A DNA stretch of 63,722 bases, the filler included. It is 14 parts of 14 records of this genome, joined end to end, with 100 filler letters (N's around TTAATTAATTAA, not from the genome) between each part and the next. Parts side by side here need not be neighbours in the genome. Positions count along the whole stretch, not along the records: positions 1 to 4,556 come from SRR15195285_8194; positions 4,657 to 8,867 come from SRR15195285_8195; positions 8,968 to 13,083 come from SRR15195285_8225; positions 13,184 to 18,122 come from SRR15195285_8227; 10 more parts are not named here. The stretch is one strand, 5' to 3'. The notes beneath the pieces are model-generated. The model worked only from the letters and a program-made list of their open reading frames with translations. It was not told the DNA's origin and made no database searches. Positions 1 to 14,900 of the stretch are shown one piece after another (the first letter of the stretch is position 1; every line of letters starts with the position of its first letter). The position numbers and the translations under genes were made by a program.

Positions 1-72
1 GTTTGTCCCGAGCCTGTCTTGGTAAAATGAGCATTTTTATAAAGAAATGGCGCAAAAAGCCCGTTTTTTCAC
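1..72 (-). mobile_element. Intron (partial) of repeated intron family B
   Basis: Donor CAG|GTGAAA at 72. Contains GTTTGTCCCGAGCCTGTCTTGG (1-22), with related sequence in other introns. Confidence 0.65.
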
Positions 73-4008
<3,936 letters not shown>

Positions 4009-4363
4009 CACGCGCGGCGGCGCGGTCCGCGGGAAAACTGCACGTTGGCTGCGATGGCAGCCAGCTGTGACGGCACCGCTTCACAGCAGCTCCGAGTAGA
4101 CGCGGATGAACAACAACGCTCCGCCGCTTCTCTCAGTAGGTGTAGTGCCACACCGGCACGGGCCCACCGGGCGCACGCCTGTCAGCCATCTGCTTTACCG
4201 CCGCGGCTAGTCATCAAGCGGCCGCGACCGCGCGTGCAAGCATCGCAAGGCGCGCGCCCGAGATGCCGAGAAGCAAGCCCCGCACGGAATGTGATTCCTG
4301 GTCAAAGGCTCTTGATTGGTGAACGGCGTCCAGGCGATACGATGCCACAGATGAGCGCGAGTC

Positions 4364-4461
4364 CGCGACGGCGGCCATGAACGCGCACACCCTGCTCGGG
4401 CTGTTGGGTGAGCGCGACGGCGGCCATGGACGCGCACACCCTGCTCGGGCTGTCGGGGCGC
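4364..4461. repeat. 49-bp tandem repeat, 2 copies, upstream of the ABCC gene
   Basis: Unit CGCGACGGCGGCCATG(A/G)ACGCGCACACCCTGCTCGGGCTGT... starts at 4364 and at 4413. Confidence 0.9.
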
Positions 4462-4500
4462 GAGAGACGTCGTTTGCGGCGCGCACGTGGAGCGGCTCCT

Positions 4501-4534
4501 TGACACCAGGCATAAGGCCTTATGCGCGGTGTCA
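4501..4534. repeat. Dispersed 34-bp palindrome, copy 1
   Basis: TGACACCAGGCATAAGGCCTTATGCGCGGTGTCA, 22 nt from a contig end. Confidence 0.9.
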
Positions 4535-4556
4535 CGCTACGTCGACCGGGCATACC

Positions 4557-4656
4557 NNNNNNNNNNNNNNNNNNNNNNNNNNNNNNNNNNNNNNNNNNNN
4601 TTAATTAATTAANNNNNNNNNNNNNNNNNNNNNNNNNNNNNNNNNNNNNNNNNNNN
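4557..4656. other. Artificial contig-joining spacer (first of 13 identical spacers)
   Basis: 44 N + TTAATTAATTAA (stops in all six frames) + 44 N, repeated identically 13 times. Confidence 0.99.
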
Positions 4657-4957
4657 TTCGAAGGAAGCGCTAGCATGCAGGTTGCATTTGAATTTCTAAG
4701 GCGCCCGTCCACCCATCTCAGGGCTACCTAGTTGGCCTGACTATTTAACGAAGAAGATGAGATGCCACTAGCAAATCTACCCAGGGGGTACATGAAGGGT
4801 GAAGTGTTTGCCGCAGATAATTACATCGTGGTGGTTTCCCTTTGGAAGCCACCAGGAGAGCGTGACGAATCCTAATGGGTAAACCAATAACGAAAAACCA
4901 TCATTTGTTTACTGAGCATTATGGGCAAGGCGAGGGGATTATCATCATGTTCGATGG

Positions 4958-7900
4958 TTAGCATGAGCCAGATCCACACGTAGCTTTGCAGCAGCTTGGG
5001 TCGTCAAGAAACATGTGTTCTTTTCGGCACCGTGCAACAACCTTTTCTGTCTCTAATCCTAGCCTCGTCGAGATCTCGTTGACGACCACCGCAAATCGCT
5101 GGCGATACTTGTAGACAAAACAGAAAATCTGGTCCTCCTGTCGGACCTGTGGACCGCAAAGGAAAAGACCGGGGCAGATTGTTGATTCATCGCACTTCGA
5201 AAGCTTCGGGTCCCCGACCGGGGGGCTGTCCAAGGGCTCGGAAAGCAGTACGCGGCTGCTGGTACTGGTGTGGGCGTGACTATCGCAGCCACCACGGTCA
5301 GCCTGCGACAGTTACACAACCGCAGTGCACTCTTTCAGCAACCGAACGAAACGACCTGCCGAGGGCGTCAATGCATAATTGGGTGTACCAACCCAGCGCC
5401 TGATTGAGGGGAGATTGTTGTATTGGCGACTCTCTTCAGGCACAAAAAGCAACAGGCAAACAGATTCGCGACTGAGTGGCCCACCTTTTGCGTTATTGGT
5501 GCCTGCGCCGCATCGGCCTCAGCCTCAGCCAGCTGGACTCGTAATTGTTCGACGTTGCTAGCCACAGTATTGTACGCGACGGTGGTCACAGCAGCTTTCT
5601 CGCCGCCAGCGCAGATCGCCTCTGATAGCTCCTGCTCCAGGTTGGCCTTCGCTGACTCAGCCAGCTGCAACATTCGTGTCAGATTCGCCACCTTGCTCCC
5701 CGAGCCTGGCGTCTGCTTAGCCACGTGTTGCTCCAGCAGGTCCATAGTGTCAGACGACTCCCACGTGCTATAACTAGCACCCGGAATCGTATCTCCGCCC
5801 ACCCCAGACGTCCCAGAAACTGCAGCTGCAGTGTCATGTTGCGACACGATGAGCGTCAGGCTCTTTGCTTGCACTGCCAGTGGTTTTTTCATCCCAGCCA
5901 CCTCCACCACGTAGCGCGCCTTCTCCTTGTCAAAGCGCCTTACCACTCCCTTCGTGCCGTTGTGTTGTGGTGCGCCCTGCAAGCCACCAATCTCCACCGT
6001 GTCGCCCACTGCGAACAGCTGAGCTTGATCTTGGTCCTGGACTTTCTGAGACATCGTGTCCGATGCACTGTCGGTGCTGGTGGCGCACAGCGCCTGCTCC
6101 GTCCACTCAAACAAATGATTGACCATCTTCCCGATGCCACTGTAAAAGCCTGTCGCCAGCACTGGCTTTGCGCTTGTTTTCAACTGCATAGCACTCTCCT
6201 CGCTGACGCTGGCATCGCCCACCTCGTTTTCCCTCGAATCTTGCGGAGGACGCCGTAGCTTCCACTCAAAGACGTCCTCTCCTTTGGCGGCTAGTGCCTC
6301 CACGCGATCCATTGCCTCGACTAACCCGTGTGGCACGTTCCCCTCGATCTGTACTCCGGCGAGTTCGAGCACAACATCGCCGACCTTGAGCCCACCTGGA
6401 ACACAGCGCGTCCAAACACAGCGCGTTCTTTTCAAGTCTCATGTGCCCTGTACAGATAGACCGTTCGGGGCAGGAGCACGGCATTCATTGATGTAGTGAT
6501 CTTACCTTTTTCAGCAGCCCCACCAGGCTCAGTTGCCTCGACCACAACGACTGTAGAGGTTTGTAAGAACACACCAAAGCCGGCCGCCGGCCGCCGCACT
6601 GGCAGGCAGAGGACCTCCGCCTCCATCGCCGCACGGGTTTTGTCGGCTGTGATGACATATCCACCATCTTCATCTCTATCCACGCGGACAACTCGGCAGT
6701 TGGGCACCAGAGTTGGCGGGTGGGGTCCGTTCATCACAGCCTGTAGCCGTCGCGCGGTGAACGGAGCTAGCTCCGTCGATGGATCTAGCGTGCGGACAGA
6801 CCAGAACGGCGTCGATGCGAGCACCGTTGTGTCCACCCCCGCATTTGCGAGGTGTACTGCCGCATCGATCCCTGCAGCAGCGGCTGTATTCAATATTTCT
6901 TACACTGCTCCGAGCCTGCATTGGGAAAGTGATTTCCCAATGCAGGCTTGCTCCTAGGAAAACAGGGAAAATATTTCCGCACCGCTCTCATATCCTCCGA
7001 TTACGACTATCTCGTCGTGACTGTGTGCCCACAGAAAGCAGTCTGAGCGTTCAGCCCCGGAGAGTTTGTTCTAAAATTGCGTGAGGAGAACGAGAAGGGA
7101 GCAGCTGCCGTTGCCTCACCTATCCGAGAGAGCTTCCCAGCTGCTGATGGTTGAGTTGTGCACGCAGTTCGTGGATGCACCAGGAAAACCATCAGAGCGT
7201 GGGTACTGGAACTCGCCCGCAGCCCAAATGACAAACTTCGCGCGAATCTTTTCAGGCAATGTGTGGGTCGCCCCGGAAGCATGCGTCACGCTGACCTCGA
7301 AACCTTCACTATCATTCGCGCAGCGCTGCCCACCACTGCGGAGGCAGATGGGAGTGATTGCAGTGACCTCAGTCTCTAGCAGTACCGAGATGCCGTGCAT
7401 GTGTGCGACGACCTGCAAATATTGCGCGTACTGCTTGCCAGTCGGGTGCTCCTCTTGAAACATTTGACCCGGACTCGAGTCGAAGGCCACCGAGTTTAGA
7501 TCCATCATGCCAAAAGCCTGCTGATTAAAGGAGGGTGTGATGAAGCGCATCTCAGCCGGCCACTTTGTAAACGTGCTGCCCACTTCGCTCCCACGCTCGA
7601 CGATGAGCGTCCGGGCAGGATCAATGCCGAACTTCTTGGCCATCACGCTGCAGCCCACGCCACTCGCACCAGCGCCGATGATTAACAGGTCTAGGTCTGC
7701 ATTCAAGTCTCGCGTTCCATCGGCGCTCTGTCCCTTCTTTCCGTCGGCGCTCTGTTCCGTCTTTCCGTCCTCGTCCTCGTCCTCGTCGCTCGACGATATG
7801 GCAGGGCCAGACAGCAAGACCGCTACGCGGGTGGCGTGCGCAGCGAGTTCCCTCGACCTCTTCGCTTCGACCTCGTCCGCGCCCTTGATCAGGACAGTTG

Positions 7901-8177
7901 CATCCCAGGTCGAAGTCTTGCTTTCCAAAGTGACTACAATATCCTTGCCTGGGACGGCGGCGCTGAGGCCCATGCAGATGGCCCGCTCCGCGTCGTCGAC
8001 AGCCTCGAAGGTAACAAATGCCCACGATTTGCGCTTCGAGCTTTTCTGGACCATCGTAACGCCGAGGAGAGCGCCAAACCGTTCGCAGAAGTTGCGCACG
8101 GTGTCCTCGTCGGGCAGCCCCACAACATGGATTGTCTTGGCGACGAGATCGGAGAGCACGCTCCCTGCGCTCTCCAT
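4958..8177 (-). CDS. FAD/NAD(P)-dependent oxidoreductase (bacterial Pyr_redox_3-like) with N-terminal RRM and inserted PDZ-like and SH3/KOW-like segments; spliced
   Basis: FAD motif IIGAGASG, WPAEMRFITPSF, EHPTGKQYAQYL and AAGEFQYP. The NAD motif VVIGGYESGIDAA is assembled across exons 6983-7020 and <6871. C-terminus is FCFVYKYRQRF...FLDDPSCCKATC. RRM RNP2/RNP1-like IHVVGL and SWAFVTF. Confidence 0.85.
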
Positions 8178-9029
8178 CGTGAATCGGACGCAGGCGCTTC
8201 CCGACTCGCTGGGCGAGCGGCGCGCGACGGCAGCAGCCGCACCTTCCCAGTGACGAGCCGCAGCTCCGAGCCCCCCCTGCGCTGCTACACCACGCGTGCA
8301 GTCCTTCGTGACGCTGACGGGTGACGGCGTACGCATCGATGCATTCTGCCCGCCAGAGAGCTGCCGAGCCCCCTAGCGCAAATTGGCTCCTGACGGACAC
8401 CCCGACCCCCATCCGGTGCGCGTAGAGCGTCGCGCGACCCGCGAGTGGTAGTGCGGTTGACCCGTAATCAAATGGTGCCTTAACCGACCTATCTCAAAAA
8501 GCACCTCGAGCCTCGCCATGAAACTTTGTGGGGATGGAGGTGGACATGTGAGGGGCCTGCCTGCCGGTTTTCAGTGTGGGGCTCAGGGTGTTTTGCGAGA
8601 TACGGGCCGTGAGGTACTAGGCGCAGCGAGGGGGCGAGAGAGCGAAAATGAGCGAAAATTCGAAAAACGACCCAGCGACGCCAGTGCTTCTGCCGGCTGT
8701 ACTAGGGCGTTGCCGGGGCTGAAACTCGTTGCGTGCCTTGGGCTAGGCGTGCTGTGGCCGCAGATGGCGCCGTCCGTGCCCAAACAGGCTTGTGGGGTGG
8801 TTTTGGCGGTTATTTGGGCCAAATTTGATGAAAATTCGAGTGGTCGACCAAAATCCGAAACGGTAACNNNNNNNNNNNNNNNNNNNNNNNNNNNNNNNNN
8901 NNNNNNNNNNNTTAATTAATTAANNNNNNNNNNNNNNNNNNNNNNNNNNNNNNNNNNNNNNNNNNNNTAGCGCCGGTCCGAATTGGAGAATTCAGGTAAC
9001 GTTGCATCTCTGCTGCCGCCGTAGCCTGG

Positions 9030-10184
9030 CTACCTGCTCCCACGTCCGCGCTCCACTCCATAGTCTCCGCCATGTTCAACTTGGAACTCCTCGAAATCCC
9101 GCTGCCTCCGTGCTGCACCCACGCCTCCTGCCTGTGCTGCTACCTTGAAGGCCTCTCCTACCTCCACAATGACCAGTTTTTTCGTCGACTTCGATATGAC
9201 TCGTTGTGCCTGCGATGGCATGAGATCCAACTCGCTCAACCTACCTCCGGTATCCTGAAGCCACTGACCCGGCCACTGCCGACCGTTGATCACCGCAGCT
9301 TCCTTCGTCGACTTCGGATACGCCTGCGCAGTGTGCTCTTTCGATTCCTGCCAGGCGTGTACAAGATCGTTCCGCGCGCGTCCCAACTCCCCCGCGTATA
9401 CATGGTGAGCTCTAGCGTGGCTACTCCGCAAGGTCGCTGGTCGCGCTGCTAGCAAACGCCGCCACTCGCGGCGCTGCGCCCCCGCAGCCGCAGCCCTCCG
9501 TCGGTCCCCTGCCCGCTGCACTGCAGGCTGCCGTTGACGCTCCCACGTGACCCACGCAGCTGTCCCTTGCCACCCCGACGCTGCCTCGCTCACCCCGGAG
9601 CCCTCCCACCCCCCGTGTTCGCCGGGCTGTCCGTCGGTCACGTCCCCGTTGCTGCCGCCGAGCGCCGGCACTGCCGCCCATCGTTGGCCGCGTGCCACCC
9701 CTGCCTCCAGCAGCGTCTCCATGGCCGCCCGTCCCGTCGGGCTCCAGCCACGCGCGTCAAATCGCGACTGCACCCACTGCGGCCCCGGGCCGTCCAGGAC
9801 GTCCACCTCATACCACGGGCTGGCCCAGTCTCCTGTGCCACCCGCGTCTTCGCCGCCTCCAGCGCCGGCATCCTCGGGCAGAGCTTGGCCTCGTGGCCGC
9901 TCGATGCCCACCGGCCGCTGGTGGCGACGGGATGGGTGGGGCCTGCGCCCCACCTGGGTAACTTGCGCTCCTACAAAACCGCCCACGCCTTGCTGTCTAG
10001 AGTGCACCACCGAAGTTTCACTGTCCAGCAACGACGAGAACGTCGTCACGAAACGGCGCACGCAGGGCCTCACCCACCCTCCATTAACTAACACTCCATT
10101 TGCCTGACTGGGCTGCAAGCAAGCCTTCGGACCCCGCGCGCGCACGACAGCCCAACTCCCGTCTGCGGGCGGCCCCCGGCGCAA
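9030..10184 (-). other. Unassigned ORF-like region, possibly a decayed mobile-element relic
   Basis: Long GC-rich ORF with no clear start and no confident domain. It lies next to a dispersed repeat. Confidence 0.2.
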
Positions 10185-10338
10185 TTTCAGCGGGCACGCC
10201 CGGGCCAGGATAAACAGCCAAAGTCGCTGGATGCCTCGGCTTCGCCTCCGCGGCCGCAGTGGCCGGAGTGGCGAAGCGAACTCGAGGCGTCAAGTTCAGG
10301 TTGATCGAACTCGAGGTCGGCGAGCAAGTCAAGTGCAA
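10126..10338. repeat. ~200-bp direct repeat, copy 1
   Basis: Shares exact blocks GGCCGGAGTGGCGAAGCGAACT (22 nt) and CAAGTTCAGGTTGATCGAACTCGAGGTCG (29 nt) with 12515-12703. Confidence 0.9.
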
Positions 10339-10600
10339 CCTGCTGCGCGAGCCGTGTGATCGTGCAGGATTGGCTGCGCGCACGAGGTCGGTCTGCGGCA
10401 AGCCGAGCTGGCCTAAGGGAGGCGCTCGGTCGCTCGCCTCGGGCTCACAGCGGCCCCGGCCCTACCTGAATGGCACGCAGACGCAGACATGCCAATGTGG
10501 CAGCGCTGCCTCGAGCATTGCATGTTTACGTGCGTGTGGTTTGCTTGCTTGGAGTTCCATTCTCAATACAGCCACCAGCTTGCACGGCAAGCGCCAGCCG

Positions 10601-12385
10601 TCAGTACGGCGTCGCCACCATGGCCGATAACAGCGTCGGCAGCGTCGCCGGCAGCACGAACCACCGCCCCATCTCGTCGTCCCACAGCTCAATCGAAGTC
10701 GCCGCCTCGTCATTCAGATCGCTCTGCTGGTCACCCCACGCGCCTTGCCGACCGCCCATCACAAGGACATCGTTGCCCAGGTTGCAAGTGGTGTGGTGGA
10801 TCCGACTAAACGTCATCGGCGGCAGGCAGTGCCAGACGCCTCCACACCACTCCTCTTTGCGCAGGTCGCCTGCTGCCGGCTTGAAAACCTCCACGCTACG
10901 CAACGGCACGGCGTTCCTCCCCCGGCCGCCCGACACGACGAAGCACCCCGCAGCCGTTACGCAGCCTCGGCATTGACCGCGAGCCTCCTGCATCGGCGGG
11001 AGGGACGTCCAGCGGTTGAGGCCTGGCTCGTATCGCTCCGCAGAGCTGGACTCCGCCCCACCCTCGAGCTCATCCCCGCCGGCGACGAGGAGAGAGCCGT
11101 CATGCATCACCCCAGCGGCGCAGCCGGCCCGGACGACAATCATGTCATCCATTCGGGCCGGCGCCCAGGCGCCGACGAGGTCTGGCGGCGCCAACGAATC
11201 GTCAAACCGATCCTGCTCCCGCTCCGTCGCGGTGATGTCGATCACACCGGACGACTCCCGCTCTGAGCGCTGCGCATCGAGCGCCCAGCTGTTGCCGCCG
11301 ACCACTAGCACCCGGCCCGCCTGCACCGTGCACATTGGCGCAAAGTTGCCGGCTCGGTCGAGCCAAGCCGGCCAGCGGGCCCGCCCCGCCTCCGCCGCCT
11401 CCGCCTCCGCCTCGTCGTCCCAGGAGTCGAATCCGACGCCGACTGCGGCGGGGGCAGAGTAGCGCGGCGGCGCCTCCGCAGAGCCGACCGCCACCACCAG
11501 CATGCCGTCGATGAACTTCAGGCCGCCGTAGGCAAAGAGCGGGGGCTCGTCCAGCGCCAGCGGCTGCCAGCTCATCTGCTTGAGGTCCAGGGCGAAGCCA
11601 AAGGTTTCGGCGCTGTCGCCGCCGTCTTGCTCCAGCCAGTCGCCGCCGTCCGCGTCCAGGCTGCTGCCGAAAGCATCAGCGTCCTCGTCCTCCGGATCGA
11701 GCTCATCGAGTTCCTCCTCCAAGTCCACTTCCACCTGCCCCTCCTCAAAATCAGGCTGCGCCAGCGCCTTGATGCCGGCCACGACCAGCACGTGCGGTAG
11801 CTCTGCCAGCGCAATGTCCACCCACGAGCGGAAGGCGCGGCAGACGCCGCGGCACAGGTGGAGGCGTCGAAAACCGAGCAGCCGCAGGACTGTGGAGCGC
11901 TGCGTGCCATCCCACCCTGGCAGTCCGCCCAGCTCTTCGAGCATCTGGACCATCGGGCAGTGCGCCGAGTTGTGCTCGGCGCGCCGGCGCGCGAGCGCGC
12001 GGTGGGCCCGCGCCCGCTCGCTCCGCAGCACTGCGACCTGCTCCTCCAGCCGCTCGGTCGCGTCAGCGGTGCGGCGGTCGAGCCGCAGCAGGTCTTGTAG
12101 CTCGGAGGCAACCACCCGCGCCGAGGACTGCAGGCGCCCGCGCTGCCCCACGTCCCGGCTCAGCGCCGCCAGCGCGCCACCCGCGTCCGCGAGCCGCGCC
12201 TGCGCCTCCTCGAGCGCCGCCCGGTGAGCGCGGCGCAGCCGGCCGAGCTCCGCGACGCTCGCGAGCAGCTCCGCCATCTCGTCCTCCTTGCGCGGCAGTG
12301 GCGGCGACGATCCGACCAGGTGGGCTCCGAGCGCGCAGAGCCGATCGGCGTGGCGCCCCGCCCGGCGCCGCAGCGCCGCGTCCAT
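10601..12385 (-). CDS. Coiled-coil + F-box-like + kelch-repeat protein
   Basis: F-box-like VLRLLGFRRLHLCRGVCRAFRSWV. Kelch repeats with GG...E.Y.P..N.W..LPPM motifs. Intronless. Confidence 0.85.
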   Translation of the reverse strand: MDAALRRRAGRHADRLCALGAHLVGSSPPLPRKEDEMAELLASVAELGRLRRAHRAALEEAQARLADAGGALAALSRDVGQRGRLQSSARVVASELQDLLRLDRRTADATERLEEQVAVLRSERARAHRALARRRAEHNSAHCPMVQMLEELGGLPGWDGTQRSTVLRLLGFRRLHLCRGVCRAFRSWVDIALAELPHVLVVAGIKALAQPDFEEGQVEVDLEEELDELDPEDEDADAFGSSLDADGGDWLEQDGGDSAETFGFALDLKQMSWQPLALDEPPLFAYGGLKFIDGMLVVAVGSAEAPPRYSAPAAVGVGFDSWDDEAEAEAAEAGRARWPAWLDRAGNFAPMCTVQAGRVLVVGGNSWALDAQRSERESSGVIDITATEREQDRFDDSLAPPDLVGAWAPARMDDMIVVRAGCAAGVMHDGSLLVAGGDELEGGAESSSAERYEPGLNRWTSLPPMQEARGQCRGCVTAAGCFVVSGGRGRNAVPLRSVEVFKPAAGDLRKEEWCGGVWHCLPPMTFSRIHHTTCNLGNDVLVMGGRQGAWGDQQSDLNDEAATSIELWDDEMGRWFVLPATLPTLLSAMVATPY

Positions 12386-12514
12386 CTCGGCGAGAGTGAA
12401 GCGGCGGTGGCAGCGCCTCAGGTCTCATCGAATGCATTGCCCCTTGACTTTGGAAAAAATTTCCGGCCGTGATTTGCCTGCGTGCTTTGCATCCTCTGCG
12501 GCAAGAAAGCTGGT

Positions 12515-12703
12515 TTCGGACCCGCGCGTGCCCGCCGCAGACGAGGGTGGGGCTGGCACCCGGGCCAGGGTAAACAGCCAAAGTAACTGTCTGCCTTGGC
12601 ATCGCATCCGCAGCCGCAGCGGCCGGAGTGGCGAAGCGAACTGGGGCGCCAAGTTCAGGTTGATCGAACTCGAGGTCGACGAGCAAGTCAAGACTAAGTG
12701 CAA
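12515..12703. repeat. ~200-bp direct repeat, copy 2
   Basis: Same orientation as, and homologous to, 10126-10338. Confidence 0.9.
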
Positions 12704-13183
12704 GCAACGCACAGCGCTGAGGCTGTTTGCCACCGCGCACCCGCGGCCCATACCGCTGTGTCTTGTAACACAACCTGCACCGACACTAGGTATGTATAGC
12801 TCTGGAGCCATCCGGCTGCTTGGTGCTCAGGGTCGCGTCTTGGGAACCACCGAGCCGGGTTTCGTTCGTTGCCCATTTGCGTGAGTACAAACTCACCGAC
12901 CCTTCGAGGTTTTGGCAATGCTGCAGTATGAACGTCCTGTGCTATACATTGTACTGGTGCTGGCACATGTTTACGAAATTGCACACATGCATAGTTTACA
13001 TTGGATACTGCACTTGTTCACACGTACCCGTATTCGCACTGGTCGGTTACTTCTGCGCCATGAGTGCCTCCAGCCTCGCTTCANNNNNNNNNNNNNNNNN
13101 NNNNNNNNNNNNNNNNNNNNNNNNNNNTTAATTAATTAANNNNNNNNNNNNNNNNNNNNNNNNNNNNNNNNNNNNNNNNNNNN

Positions 13184-14132
13184 AGCCGAAGCCGAAGCCG
13201 AAGCCGAAGCCGAGCCGGCAGTTGCCGAGGAACTCGCTTTGATCGGCGCGCGTTGCATCGACTTCGACGAGTCCGGCAGCGACTTGCTCGGGCCGGTGCG
13301 TGGACTATTTGACGACGAGAAGAACCCGAGGGTCAGTATTGACGAGGCGGCCGACGGTGCGTTCGGCCACCTCCGGCCTGTGCGCTAGTCGGGCAACCGC
13401 CGAAGCTTTCTTCTGTGTCACATCTTTTCTTGTTCTTTTCTTTTGTTTCGCAGCTCTGCCGTTCGACATCTCGTCTGAGATGTGGGTCATGAAGAAGTTC
13501 TTCAAGAAGGATTCGACCAAGGCGATCATTGCCGCCTACCCGAAGCTTACCTACGACAGCGCGGCGGCGATCTACCTCTTCACTTGCGAGTCGCCTCTTT
13601 ACAAGGAGCTGAACCGGAAGTTGCGGGAGCGGAACCGCGCGGCACTAAAAGACGGTTTCTTTCCGTACGCACGCCTGCTGTTCGAAGGGCACCAGGCGAT
13701 GACCCAGCCGATGCCGCGCATGCTCAACCGCGGCGTCAAGCTCGACCTGGTCGGTGCAAACCCAGGCTGCTATGACGAGGGTGAAACGGTGAGCGCCCCT
13801 CTGCCCAGGACGTGGTGGTGCATGTGCTTGCTTCTCACGGTGTTGGTGGGCCGCTGCAGCTCACGTGGTGGTCGTTCTCGTCGACGACGAAGAAGATTTC
13901 GGCCCTCACCAATCCCATGTTCCTCGGTAGCAACGGCGACCGCACCATCTTCCAGATCCTCACGAAATACGGCGCTGACATCGGTGGGCTCTCGCAGATC
14001 CCATCGGAGGCCGAGGTGCTGCTGCCGGCAGGCGTGCAGTTCAAGGTGACGAGCGTTTTGCAGAAGGATGCAAGCGGCCTCACGATCGTCACACTCGAGG
14101 ACGACGAGGACGCGCCGTCGATGGTGCACTAA
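13184..14132 (+). CDS. Mono-ADP-ribosyltransferase (ARTC / R-S-E clade), 5' partial, spliced
   Basis: AIYLFTCESPLYKELNRKLR, NRGV (R), WWSFSSTT (S-x-S), SEAEVLLPAG (E-x-E). Introns 13357-13453 and 13789-13859 join the frames. Confidence 0.88.
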
Positions 14133-14900
14133 ATGCGTACTAGATTGAGCTCCTAAATGAAACAACAAGTTGCTGTGATTCCCACTGCTCCTTGCAGTCC
14201 GATGGGTAAATCCTTCAAAGAAGGATGGATTTCTACAGATGGAAGTTCTTGCTGAGCCGCGGCAACTAAAACGCTGTTGGAATCATTGTCCAGGTTGCGC
14301 TAATGATCAGTGCACCAAGCGCTTTCCTCTGCCCGTTGTGCACTTGTTGTGAACAAGGCCTTGAGCAAACTCGAGGTAATCCCAACGCGACTACCAGCCC
14401 AGAAGAAGAAGTGCTCCAGTGCAGCCTTGGGACTCTTGAGCCAAACCCTCGCCTCGCTTCCAAGACTACGCCTCTTACGTCTAACTGCGGATGGGTGGGA
14501 TGCGTGGTGACTTTCCTGCGGCGAGCGTCTGACACGTCTGGGCTACGGTGGATCCCAGTGCAAGAGCGGTGCTTCAGGAATAATCTTGAGAATCTTGTCC
14601 TGGCGCGACGACCACCACGCTAGTAGCCTGCGCTACCCGGGCAGTGGCGCACGTTTGGCAGCCAAAGAGCAGCACCGCCACCCAATAGCGAAGATCTACT
14701 ACACGACTGGCAGTTGAGTGTTTTTTGCATTACAGATTGAAGTGCAATACTACCCGGTCTGGTATACGCTCTGCGCAGGTGAACCACCCCATTCCATAAA
14801 GCTGGAGTGTCAGAGGCAGACCAGGCCGCGCCAGAATCCTCCGAATCCATGTGTAAGTGTTGCATTATGCTCGCCGGCAAGAGCAATCACCCGCGCGCAC

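Noticed and set aside
4364-4461. 49-bp repeat as a CRISPR array
   Set aside because: There are only two adjacent units, with no spacers, no cas genes and a eukaryotic context.
8460-8867. Non-coding contig end that looks like a transposon terminus
   Set aside because: There is no second copy, TIR partner or transposase in the window to support it.
9031-9040. TACCTGCTCC, matching the family A terminus
   Set aside because: There is no partner TIR or internal conserved block about 100 bp away.
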